Positions 1 through 10,249 of a DNA stretch of 64,000 nt are shown here, piece by piece (within the stretch, counting starts at the first letter, position 1; every line of letters begins with the position of its first letter). Source of the DNA: Paraphysomonas bandaiensis (taxonomy: Eukaryota > Protista > Chrysophyceae); the NCBI GenBank assembly GCA_965644295.1, contig CBFFRP010000231.1, forward strand, positions 74,361-138,360. Reading direction: 5' to 3'. The notes beneath the pieces are model-generated. The model saw only the letters and a list, made by a program, of their open reading frames with translations, was not told the DNA's origin and ran no database searches. The position numbers and the translations under genes are program-made.

Positions 1-338
1 AAAGCACATCTCACTCACATATCTCCAGAAGTAAGGTCTGTAATAGATCCCGCATCACTGATCACAATGGAGTCATCATCTTCATTAACAGCAAACACAA
101 CATCGTTATCAACAGGAATCTCTATATCCTTTAGATTACATAAGAGCTCAGGGCTGGCACATGAGGCCTCTGCAGTGTCACTGTCTTTGTCACTACGATC
201 CTCTTCACTTGTCGACTCACTGCTACTATGAGCAGGAAGGTTTTCATTAGGAATTGAGTCTAATAGAGAGAGAGGATTGTCTGCTATGGTTTGTAACTGG
301 AGTTGATGCTGTGTGTTGGAAGTGATTGAGAGGGACAT
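1..338 (-). CDS. 5' exon of an unknown gene with a Ser/Asp/Glu-rich low-complexity N-terminus; continues off the window
   Basis: ATG at 338 opens a frame of about 105 codons ending at a GTGAGT donor-like site near position 19; divergent from the YjjX gene across the TATG array. No recognisable domain. Confidence 0.45.
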
Positions 339-493
339 CACTGGTGACTCTGAGGAGGTGAAGCAGTGTGATATTGTGTGTGAGAGACATTATTGAGAGT
401 GTTATGGGTGGAGAAGAAGTATATACATCTAGGGCTTAAAGTGGTTAACAATATCTACAGATCTTTAGCACTGAACCCCCTCACTGCCTGCGG

Positions 494-1048
494 TGTATGT
501 ATGTATGTATGTATGTATGTATGTATGTATGTATGTACACTCTGTATGTATGTATGTATGTATGTATGTATGTATGTATGTATGTATGTATGTATGTATG
601 TGTGTATGTATGTATGTATGTATGTATGTATGTATGTATGTATGTATGTATGTATGTATGTATGTATGTATGTATGTATGTATGTATGTATGTATGTATG
701 TATGTATGTATGTATGTATGTATGTATGTATGTATGTATGTATGTATGTATGTATGTATGTATGTATGTATGTATGTATGTATGTATGTATGTATGTATG
801 TATGTATGTATGTATGTATGTATGTATGTATGTATGTATGTATGTATGTATGTATGTATGTATGTATGTATGTATGTATGTATGTATGTATGTATGTATG
901 TATGTATGTATGTATGTATGTATGTATGTATGTATGTATGTATGTAGTATGTATGTATGTATGTATGTATGTATGTATGTATGTATGTATGTATGTATGT
1001 ATGTATGTATGTATGTATGTATGTATGTATGTATGTATGTATGTATGT
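494..1048. repeat. (TATG)n microsatellite, about 550 bp, few interruptions
   Basis: Directly visible; it generates the artefactual MYVC/YIHT ORFs. Confidence 0.99.
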
Positions 1049-1103
1049 TGTGTTATATTCAAGTCATGTTGTCTCGTGTATCTATGCACAACATAGTAAG
1101 TTC

Positions 1104-1661
1104 ATGGATACAAAGCATATAATAGTTGTCGGGTCCACAAACCCCGTGAAGATTGAATCTACATCAATAGCAGTTCATCAATGCTTCAAAGACATTGTAA
1201 GTGATGTGGTGGGAGTGAGCTCACCCTCAGGTGTCAGTGATCAACCAGTAGGAGACGATGAGACTCGGCAAGGAGCTGAAAATCGAGCTAGACATGCTTA
1301 TGAGACCTATGAAAGGGACCATGGGACAAAACCTAAGTATGGTATTGGACTAGAAGGGGGTGTCGGATGGACCGCTGAGAAGAAACTTGAGTGCTTTGCA
1401 TGGGCGGCTGTATATGACGGGGAGAGATTTGGTACCGCGAAATCAGCTACATTCATTCTACCTAAAGCAATATCAGACCTTGTCGAATCTGGAGTTGAGC
1501 TTGGTGTCGCGGATGATATGGTTTTTAAGACAACAAATTCTAAACAGAAAGAAGGTACTATAGGTCATTTAACTAAAGGGGTCATTAGTCGCACACAGTA
1601 CTATACTCCTGTTGTGACATTAGCGTTTGTACCATTCATGTGGCCTGATATGTATGATTAG
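1104..1661 (+). CDS. yjjX: Non-canonical purine NTP phosphatase (inosine/xanthosine triphosphatase, YjjX family), intronless
   Basis: Family motifs GSTNPVK, SGVSDQP, ETRQGAENRA, GIGLEGG, ELGVADD, KQKEGTIGHLT.G.ISR..YY; true ATG at 1104, downstream of the microsatellite. Confidence 0.9.
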   Translation: MDTKHIIVVGSTNPVKIESTSIAVHQCFKDIVSDVVGVSSPSGVSDQPVGDDETRQGAENRARHAYETYERDHGTKPKYGIGLEGGVGWTAEKKLECFAWAAVYDGERFGTAKSATFILPKAISDLVESGVELGVADDMVFKTTNSKQKEGTIGHLTKGVISRTQYYTPVVTLAFVPFMWPDMYD

Positions 1662-2088
1662 TTTATGTAGTTATTAAATATAACCTATGAATGAGATCGC
1701 GATACACCTTTCTGCCGCATTGCCATGCGTGCCTAAATTGTAAACCAGTGTTAGGTAGATGTACGACTTACTATTAATTATCGTCATAGCATGATGTCGA
1801 ATATCAATTGAGGTGTATAGGTGATATTGTAGTGATATGAAGCGTACATACGTATATCTATGTGTGCAATCGTGGAAGCTGATCGACAATTTGATAAATG
1901 TCAAAATACAAAACACTATGGTGCACTGATGACTATTTTAAAAACTTCTGTAGGCGCTATAGAGTTGCTTATACTATGTTATTTTCTTATTAAATATTTG
2001 AGTTAGTGTAAAGGCACGCATGCACAAGCGGACGCTAGTTAGCAGTAAACTTTCTATTGACAATGAAACATAGTTTTGATTTTACATG

Positions 2089-2425
2089 CATCGGTGGGCC
2101 ACACTAGGTACCTATTGATACTTGAACTACCTATAGGTACTTCGTGCTTACCTATTAGGTATTTATCTCTTAGATACCTAGCTATAGATATTCCCACCGA
2201 CCCTGCCCATAGGTAGGTGCCTATTTCTCACCACCAATAGTTACCATAAAATCATACCTATAGCAATAGGCATCTCACCTACAGGTGGTCCTATAGGTGG
2301 TACTACCTAGATGCTAAAATGTACGTATAGGTACTAGACAAGTTCTTAATAAGTATCATGAGGTTTAATTAATTAAGTACCTATAGGAAGCTACCTATAG
2401 GCATTTTTTCTTAGGTCCACCGATG
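2089..2425. mobile_element. MITE-like element with 12-bp imperfect TIRs and an internal array of ACCTATAGGT-like palindromes
   Basis: CATCGGTGGGCC (2089-2100) and GGTCCACCGATG (2414-2425) are inverted with one mismatch; TG lies on both flanks; about 10 degenerate TACCTATAGG motifs inside; no ORF. Confidence 0.55.
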
Positions 2426-3387
2426 TGCCTAATGACAATGAAACCGGACAATAGGTTGTAAAAGTTGCCAAAGCGCTGCAATAACGGCATGGCGTAGAGA
2501 AAAGTGTTCGATTAGTTATTGCAGCCCAGGTAGACGCTCTCCAATTTTTTAGATGTAAAAAGTGAATATGGAGTGCTACATATTCAGTCATTAAAATAAC
2601 GAGATAAATCAGGTAGCCTGCCTGATATTAGAATAGACATCGTTAAGAAATCGAGTAATAGACACCAGCTAATGTTGCACTACACTCTTGTCTTGGGGTT
2701 AACATTGGGATGTGTTCACCTGCTTATATAAGTCTGAGGCACATATGCCTGTGAGCTGCATAGAATCTGCCAAGGTGGTGATTGTAGATAGTAATGAATC
2801 AAAATGGAAAGGAAAACACTCATGAAAGGGTCGTAAGTAGATTGAAGATCAGTGAGTGCATTGAATGGATATGTTGTAGCGTGTGTGCCCTAGAGAAGGG
2901 CTTCAGGAGGATTGACAGTCACTCTCCCATGATACGCATTCATAGGTATAGTGTGATGATTATCGTGGTCGGTGTACATGGCATGATGGTGTATTGGCAT
3001 ATGTCTATCTATCCAATCACAGCAGCAAGATTAGATCTACGGTTATCATTCAACCGGGACAGTGATCCGTAACTGTAGCCGTTTCCGGATGGGGTGTTTC
3101 AGCGATAGTTCGCCATCATAATAATATCATGGAATACAGTCAGAATACATGTCTGTAGGGATTAGGTCTGTACAATGTGAGGCTTACGTGTAGTTTCATA
3201 CATTAGTAGTAGTATGGATCTTACCTTACATTGCCTTCACATACATACATACATAACACCCTGTACAGCTATCTATCTATATATATATAGACCCATACCA
3301 CTCTTCTAACCCACAACACACTCACTAATCAAATCCAATCAAATCCATTATCAATCTCTCATATAATCAACTATTTCATATACTTCA

Positions 3388-5822
3388 ATGGAACGTGAAA
3401 GCTTTGTTTTAAGCTCTGATACTATCTTAAAAGAGGGTATACTATATAAACAACGAGATCACTTTAAAGGATGGCGTTCACGTTATTTTACTTTAGATAA
3501 TATATTTTTACATTATTATTTATCAAAAAATGATGATACTCCACGTAAAAGTATACAAATATGTAAAGGGGTTATTGTACGTGCAATTGAACCAAAGACT
3601 GTCAATGGACAGTTATATTATCCATTCGTTATATCTCATCCACGTACATCAACACATTATAAATTATCAACTGTATCAAGAAGTGATTGTGAGTCATGGA
3701 TACGTGCTCTTACTGATGTAGCGAATAGTAGTAAATCTACAGTTACTGAAATATATTCCAGTGAAGAGGATGGAAGGCGTAATGGATCATGTGATGGCAG
3801 TACTGAAAGCTTATTAGATGACAGTAGTGAAGATGAGGAAGAACCGTCATCTCCAACCTCTCCTGTGAGTAAAAAGAAAACTCTTCGAAATATCCCGGAT
3901 GGGCTCTCAGTTAAGATAGAAACAGCTGTGAGCACTCTCTTAGAGGGGAGCTCGGAGGATGATGATGGCTGGCAACCTATGTTTGAAAAGCCTGGAAGGG
4001 TAGTTGCTACTCGAAAAAGTGGAGCCGGAACAATATGTGTGCGTGGAGTAGCCGTTCTTCCTTACACGATTCCTGAGATATATAGTGTGCTTTCTGAGCG
4101 TCGCAAAGAACTGGACCCTCAGTTAAACACGTACACCAGGCTGAAATGGTTCTCCCGGCATACCGGTGTAGAATATCTAAGGTTTAAGCCTGTTTGGCCA
4201 ACGGCAGCGCGGGATTTCTGCAATCTCACTCATTGGCGTCTGTTGCGGGACGGCACCTTTATTACTCTCGGATTTAGTGAACCGTTCCCGATTTGCCCTG
4301 AAGAGAAAGGAGTGGTGCGTGCACAGCTCATCATCGGAGGATATGTAATGAAACCTGTAGCAGGAGGGACTCATGTTACTATTCTTGTTCAGGTATTGTG
4401 TTTTCTTTATGTTGTACGCGCGTTGTGACTGTTCTCGTGTTTGTTAGTCGGATTTACGTGGGACACTTCCTGCAAGTGTACAGAGCCTTGCGGCACAAAG
4501 TCAGCCCCTTGTCCTTCTCACTTTGCGCAAAGTTCTGGATAAGATTCATGATGGAAAATCTCGCAGTGATATTAGTCAGCCTGTAATCCCCAGTTATGAA
4601 GGTGGATAATATGCGTGACACTTGTAGCTCTAAAGCTAATAGGTTTATGATAGATATGATGGTTATTGTGGAAAGAAACGCTAATCCTGCCGTACCCTAT
4701 GAAGATGATGCTCCTCAGCGAAAATTAACTTTGTCACAACGTACTGTTGGAAGTGTGAACCCTGATCCTATGGTAAGTACCGTACTAATCCTTGTGTGTA
4801 TGAGTTGTACAATGAGAGTTTCATTGGTAATATATATCTGCACATTCGTAGGATACTAATAGGACCCCTCAGAATGTGCCTTCGGTTACTTCTCCGCAGA
4901 GTAATAATGAGAGCTCGACGATGTTTTACTTTATCTCAACACTTCTTATTTGTGTCGCGATATATTTTGCGATTGATGAGTAAGAATGTTATATGTTAAC
5001 CCATTTGTCTTACTATTGCAATATTATACAGAAATATAGGTGACAATATCACGTGGGGTCTATACATTGCTGCACTTCTGCTAGCGATGGAAGTGATGCT
5101 ACAGTCTCATCTCTACCAGCCATCACGCAGGGTTAGTTTGCGTTGAATGAGTTGTTCCACAGGTAATATCTGTGCAGGTATACTCGACCCCCTCTCGCGT
5201 TACCCCAGGAAACTTTTTTTTTAGATTCCGCATTGATAGTCCAAGGCGAAGTAGTTCGGGTACTATGAGTCACGTTATCGTAAAAGCGCTGGCAAAAGCA
5301 ATCGAAGATTGTGGACTCAATGGACATGTTATTTTTGGGAAATTTTACCCTCTTCGCAGCGCCGGTGTTGATATCTCAGTCAGCGCAGACATAGATGCAG
5401 GCTCATCAACCATGGTTACGGTGCGCAGCGCGAATTCCATGACAGCTGAGGGAATCGCTGCAGATATTGGTAGTAAAACTGCAGCTAGCAGAAATTCTGC
5501 CGAAGCAATGAGTTCATTGCTACCTTTCACTTTTGCATTGATATGGCAGCTATTTGCTTTATTTTCTAACAAGTATGGTTTGCGCTTGTCAATATTTGAA
5601 GACGCTTTTCCCAATGGGGTAGGAACAGTATTTGTTACAGATTCTCAAGAAAATGATATAGTGGTTTCTTTGGTACCAAATACGGGGGAGCTGTCAACAC
5701 CCATTGCTGTAATTATTGATGGGAACGAAGCTACATTGACAGTTAACTCTCGTGCTGCTTCGATCAAGGAGGGAAAACGACTAGTACTACGGTTTAAAGA
5801 ATTATTGAGACAGTCCAACTGA
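3388..5822 (+). CDS. PH domain + START lipid-binding domain + 2 predicted TM helices + degenerate 2-oxoacid-dehydrogenase E2 acyltransferase-like domain (5 introns)
   Basis: PH: KEGILYKQRDHFKGWRSRYFTL...CESWIRAL. START: WPTAARDF, GVVRA, SDLRGTLP. Five GT-AG introns splice in frame into 5178-5822 (HVIVKALAKAI, LNGHVIFGKFY, VDISV, LTVNSRAASIKEGKRLVLRFKELL). Confidence 0.8.
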
Positions 5823-6811
5823 ATCTTGTATGCATGCCAGTGAAAAGGCTGATGGAAACGGTGGTATGAGCGATTGCTAGTCACACTGAAACCGCTTCAC
5901 TTTTCATGATTATTGCCGCTTAATTGGTATATCTATTTTTGTGCAGATCAGCCAAGAAATTTACTAAATAATAACTATTATTATTATTGCGATTTAGTCA
6001 ATGTTGCTGAATATGAGAATGATGTTAACGTATGTCACATTAGTCAACAATTACTACATATTACATATATATATTGCGTATACATATACTGTGCGTTGCT
6101 TTGTCTCATCTTTTCTGATTTGTGCTATAATAGCCTATTTGTGTTCAATGATTGTCACTCATTTCCGCTTTTAGTTATTCCTAAAGTCTCTTTTTGTCTT
6201 CTTCAAAGAATAATACCGTACGTTACTCTTGCTGTGCAATCAGCTGTAGACCACAATCTTCCCGTCTTCCACGTTTGTGCCCTTTACTACGACCGGGAGA
6301 ATAATGAAGCAATTAATTCACAGATTTTTCGTTGGTCCTATACATTGTACCACAGATACCTACACGCTACACCATAATCTTGAACTCCATAGGAATAGGA
6401 CTCGTGGCCTCTAGATTAAAATGATGGCTTTCTTGCAGGCTGGGACAAGTCTTTTCTAAAACAGGCTTTAAGACCCCCTGTATCAGAGCCAGCCCTAAAC
6501 AAAGTCGGATTCGCATGTCAAGTTATGACACAATTGGATGATTTACTAAGTTAACTGGACGTGTATTCACTCATGAATCTTATTATAAAATTAGGGAAGA
6601 TTATAATAAATATAATACACAATATATCACGTTATCTCTACTACCACTCATTTCTAGTACGACCTTATATCGTCATTATCTTCTCGTATGGTCAATATAT
6701 ATTCAGTTCTCATTACTTCTCATAATACAGTTAACCACTATTGTATTCTCCAGTAACCGTCATAATTCCAATATCTTAAAATTACAGCTTTTAATTGCCT
6801 AAACAGCAAAA

Positions 6812-7322
6812 CTCAACATCGCACCTTTTTGTAGTGTTCTGGGGAATAAGTACCGGAGAGATTTCTTCGGGAAACTAACGTCAGCCGCAAACATAGATAG
6901 CAAATAACGTTCTGCCCACTCCTAGCCAAATGCTTATGTGGTACAAGTGACACTAATAAGTGTCACTTGTGTAGACGTCTTTCGGCTCCGACTTATAAAC
7001 AGATAAACAGGCAGCCGGGAATGGGTCCACCTGAAGGGTAACCAGGGTGTTGGACTGCTTGCTGAAGTCAAGCATAGGCTGTTTACATTAAGGACTCCAA
7101 AATCTTGAAGTCAGCAGATGTCAGGTATATCAACATTCTGCTTGCTCACTGCGTTTGCTTTGAGTGACAGAGCGAAAGTGCTTGCACTTGGTGTGACATA
7201 AAAGCAGCTTTCGTAATGTTAAATAGTAGGATACCAGAGTCAAGCACTAGTTAGTTAAATTGCAATACTAAATTAGTTCAGACTCTTAAACGCCTGTTGC
7301 TACTAACAAGACATTCACTACT
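6812..7322. repeat. Dispersed repeat, copy 1 (probable decayed mobile element)
   Basis: Colinear similarity to 27422-27880 (e.g. ataagtaccgg, gggaaactaac, gctgaagtcaagcat, gttaaatagtaggata, agttagttaaattg); perfect 12-bp hairpin at 6943-6970. Confidence 0.8.
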
Positions 7323-8012
7323 AGTACTTGAAAACTACTTCCAAGTCAGGAGATAACTATTTCTAACATAAATTGTACTGCTTTTAGATCAAAATATTAG
7401 GCTACAACTAACTCCTACGTACGTACTTGTAGCTAGTTGAGGCTACCCTGCATTCTATGTAGCAATGAAATACAGAATCTACAAGACTACAACAATTAGT
7501 GTAGATACTAAGCACAAATAAACTGAAAATAGAGTAGCTGTTAAAGATATGATTTGTAATTTGTAGAACAAAATAGTAGTGTTGGTGATTACAACCACAG
7601 TGATACAACATTATAATTTCACTATCTCTCTTGACGTAATTCAGTCAATACTGTGCTACTACAAGTATAATTTAATACAAAGTTAGATACAAGGCTTACA
7701 TACTTATAGAAACTTGATTTTGTATCGTACTTACGCCTATTCTGAGTGTAATAGTAGTGCGGTGTTAAAACTGATTTCATATCACCAATAAAAAATGTTA
7801 TTATGCAGCTATGCATTCATTTCCACCACTGGCTTAAAACAGCTTAAAACATTGTAATTGCGAAGAGCCACTGTTTATTTACACATTTACTCAGATCACA
7901 CCTTTCTATAGTGTATCCTGATACGTTTCAACCAGTATAATCATTCTCCTCGAGCGAAAAAGAAAGAGTTCAGAGCACTATCGCTGAGATTTTCTCGAGA
8001 AAAACTACATGG

Positions 8013-8974
8013 TTACAACTGTCTAGTACAGATCTCATATATTTGAGATCCCAAGGCCATCCCACAAGCCACTCGTGCTGTACCCCATCCAACACGTAGC
8101 TGTTGTTGAAGATATCTAACTCTATAAAACATATTTTTCTCTAACTTGGCATTCTGCCACAATTCCACTAATACTTCACTAGCAGTTTTATGCTTCACCC
8201 AAGGAGGGGTCGCATAATGCATGTTCCTCACATAGTTTAGTGGACTTGACAATAGAGTGGCGAAAAAGCCAGCCAGCATGTTGACACCAAATTTATTGTG
8301 AGTGCTCTCCTTGTTCTGTAATCCGTGTCGCATGACAGCAAAGCAACCACCAAATACCATGTCTCGTGATACAGTTGCGAACGTACCCGCCACAAACGGA
8401 CGGGCACCTCCATGGCAATATAACTTCTTGGCTGTTGCAAAGAAGTTTTCTCGCTCACACTCATCAATTCCCCACGTGTGGTACTGAATATAACATATTA
8501 CAAAGCAAACTGGTAATAAATATGCGGACCAAACCATATACTAAGACATTGGTATACTTGACACTAAAATGCACATATACACAATATGCACAGCAAAATA
8601 AAATGATTACACACAAATACCTTTATCGCAGCCAATGGATTCAATGCTAAACCATTAATCGCTCCAGCACAATTTCCAGCAAGTAAAGAGATCCAATGAT
8701 GACTTATATGTGTATTGCATAATATATATTCGAAAAACATCATAAAGTTTTCCTCTAATGGAAAGTATAAACCAGCAGAGAAAGAGCGTTGAAATATCGT
8801 CTGTGACAAACCAGTAAATGGATACCTGAAGTTTTCTAATACTAAAAATGGACGACATTCTTTAACTGATAAGTATAGAGCTCTATCCCATGGATTGAAT
8901 ATAGCAGCTTGAATAACTCCACTCACAAGACCACAGCCAAATAAACGCATCTTTGACCGCTCATGAGGGGACAT
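8013..8974 (-). CDS. Mitochondrial carrier (SLC25) family protein, 2 exons
   Basis: Three carrier repeats with Px(D/E)xx(K/R)-like signatures NPWDRA, NPLAAIK, SPLNYVR; one GT-AG intron joins AIK to YHTWG in frame. Confidence 0.85.
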
Positions 8975-9230
8975 GATATGCAATAGATAAGGAACAGCTA
9001 TAGAAAGAGATAGGCTGATTAATAGGAGAATATGAGGTTATCTATTATAGGGCCATGCCTGTTGTTTAATTGGCCATATTGTGGTATGCTATACTATGAA
9101 TGTACACAGCAGTGCACTCCTTTCCAAACAACAGTCATTAGCACCTTCCTATTCGCACTATACATATGTCACAGCTGGTAAATTATTTGATTTTATATTA
9201 TAATAATTCTTCTAGACACTCACCAACAAA

Positions 9231-9324
9231 TCCTTGTTAGTATAGTGGTCAGTATACCCGCCTGTCAAGCGTCCTGTGATCTCTCAGATCGCGGGAGACC
9301 GGGGTTCGATTCCCCGACAAGGAA
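9231..9324 (+). tRNA. tRNA-Asp(GTC) with 22-nt intron (9268-9289), copy 1
   Basis: Acceptor stem TCCTTGT/ACAAGGA, D-arm TAGTATAGTGGTCAGTATA, anticodon stem CCCGC/GCGGG with loop CT-GTC-A|C, T-loop GGTTCGATTCC; intron at the canonical 37/38 site; upstream CAA and downstream T-run. Confidence 0.95.
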
Positions 9325-9434
9325 TTTCCTACACTTTTGTTTTTTTCATAATTTTTTCTCCGTAGCAATTTTATATGTAAGATTACTACATAAACATATA
9401 TATATCCAAAAAAACATGCATCGTCATCAGCAAA

Positions 9435-9528
9435 TCCTTGTTAGTATAGTGGTCAGTATACCCGCCTGTCAAGCGTCCTGTGATCTCTCAGATCGCGGGA
9501 GACCGGGGTTCGATTCCCCGACAAGGAA
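9435..9528 (+). tRNA. tRNA-Asp(GTC) with 22-nt intron, copy 2 (identical)
   Basis: Identical to copy 1 including the intron; followed by an oligo-T Pol III terminator at about 9537-9546. Confidence 0.95.
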
Positions 9529-10249
9529 TTTCATACTTTTTTTTTTGTCTTTGTCAATGATTTTATGCCTCCATATATGCAGAGTACAGTATTATACAGA
9601 TATATAGGTGCATTAATGCAATATTATTCGAGATTTAATATGTCCTCTTTGCCAGAATGTTTTGTTTCAGCATGTCATGTGCATGGATAGTATATATAAT
9701 TTCAAGCAGATTGATGCTTGTGCTCAAATTATTGACATGCAGAAAGTGTGCTCAACTTAAATTATACGTAGTACTGCAACATTAACCTGTACTGGACTGC
9801 TGTCAACAACGTATCACAGTTTCATGGTTTCCATATCCAGATATTTGAACGGCTGTTGTAAAGTACAGTATGAGGACATCCACATCTGTGTATATACTGC
9901 TGTATTTTTATGTATACCTATTTCCTACACTATATTTCAGCACACAAAATACATACAATATACAGTGTATATCCAGTCACTTTTTAAAATCTATATGGCC
10001 GTATCGCTCGTATCGCACCTGACATCACTCACTCAATCTCATATATAATGAAGTGAAGTGACTTCACACTTCATGTAATTGATACTTATAAGATGCTTCT
10101 ATTGCCTTAACTTAACTTTAATATACCTGTACGGGCTAGACCGGAAAGTGAAGTTCTATATATTTGATCAGTTCATTAACATCAGGATATCACTGTATAC
10201 ACTATCATAGTAATCAAACAGTGAATCCATTAGATATTATCATTAAATA

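Noticed and set aside
393-1122. ORFs of MYVC/YIHT repeats (also at 22740-23023 and 29791-30801)
   Set aside because: Translations of the stop-free (TATG)n microsatellite; the real starts lie downstream at 1104, 22582 and 30628.
5913-6520. 154-aa plus-strand ORF and minus-strand protein-like fragments
   Set aside because: AT-rich, no true ATG context or motifs; probably intergenic or decayed repeat.
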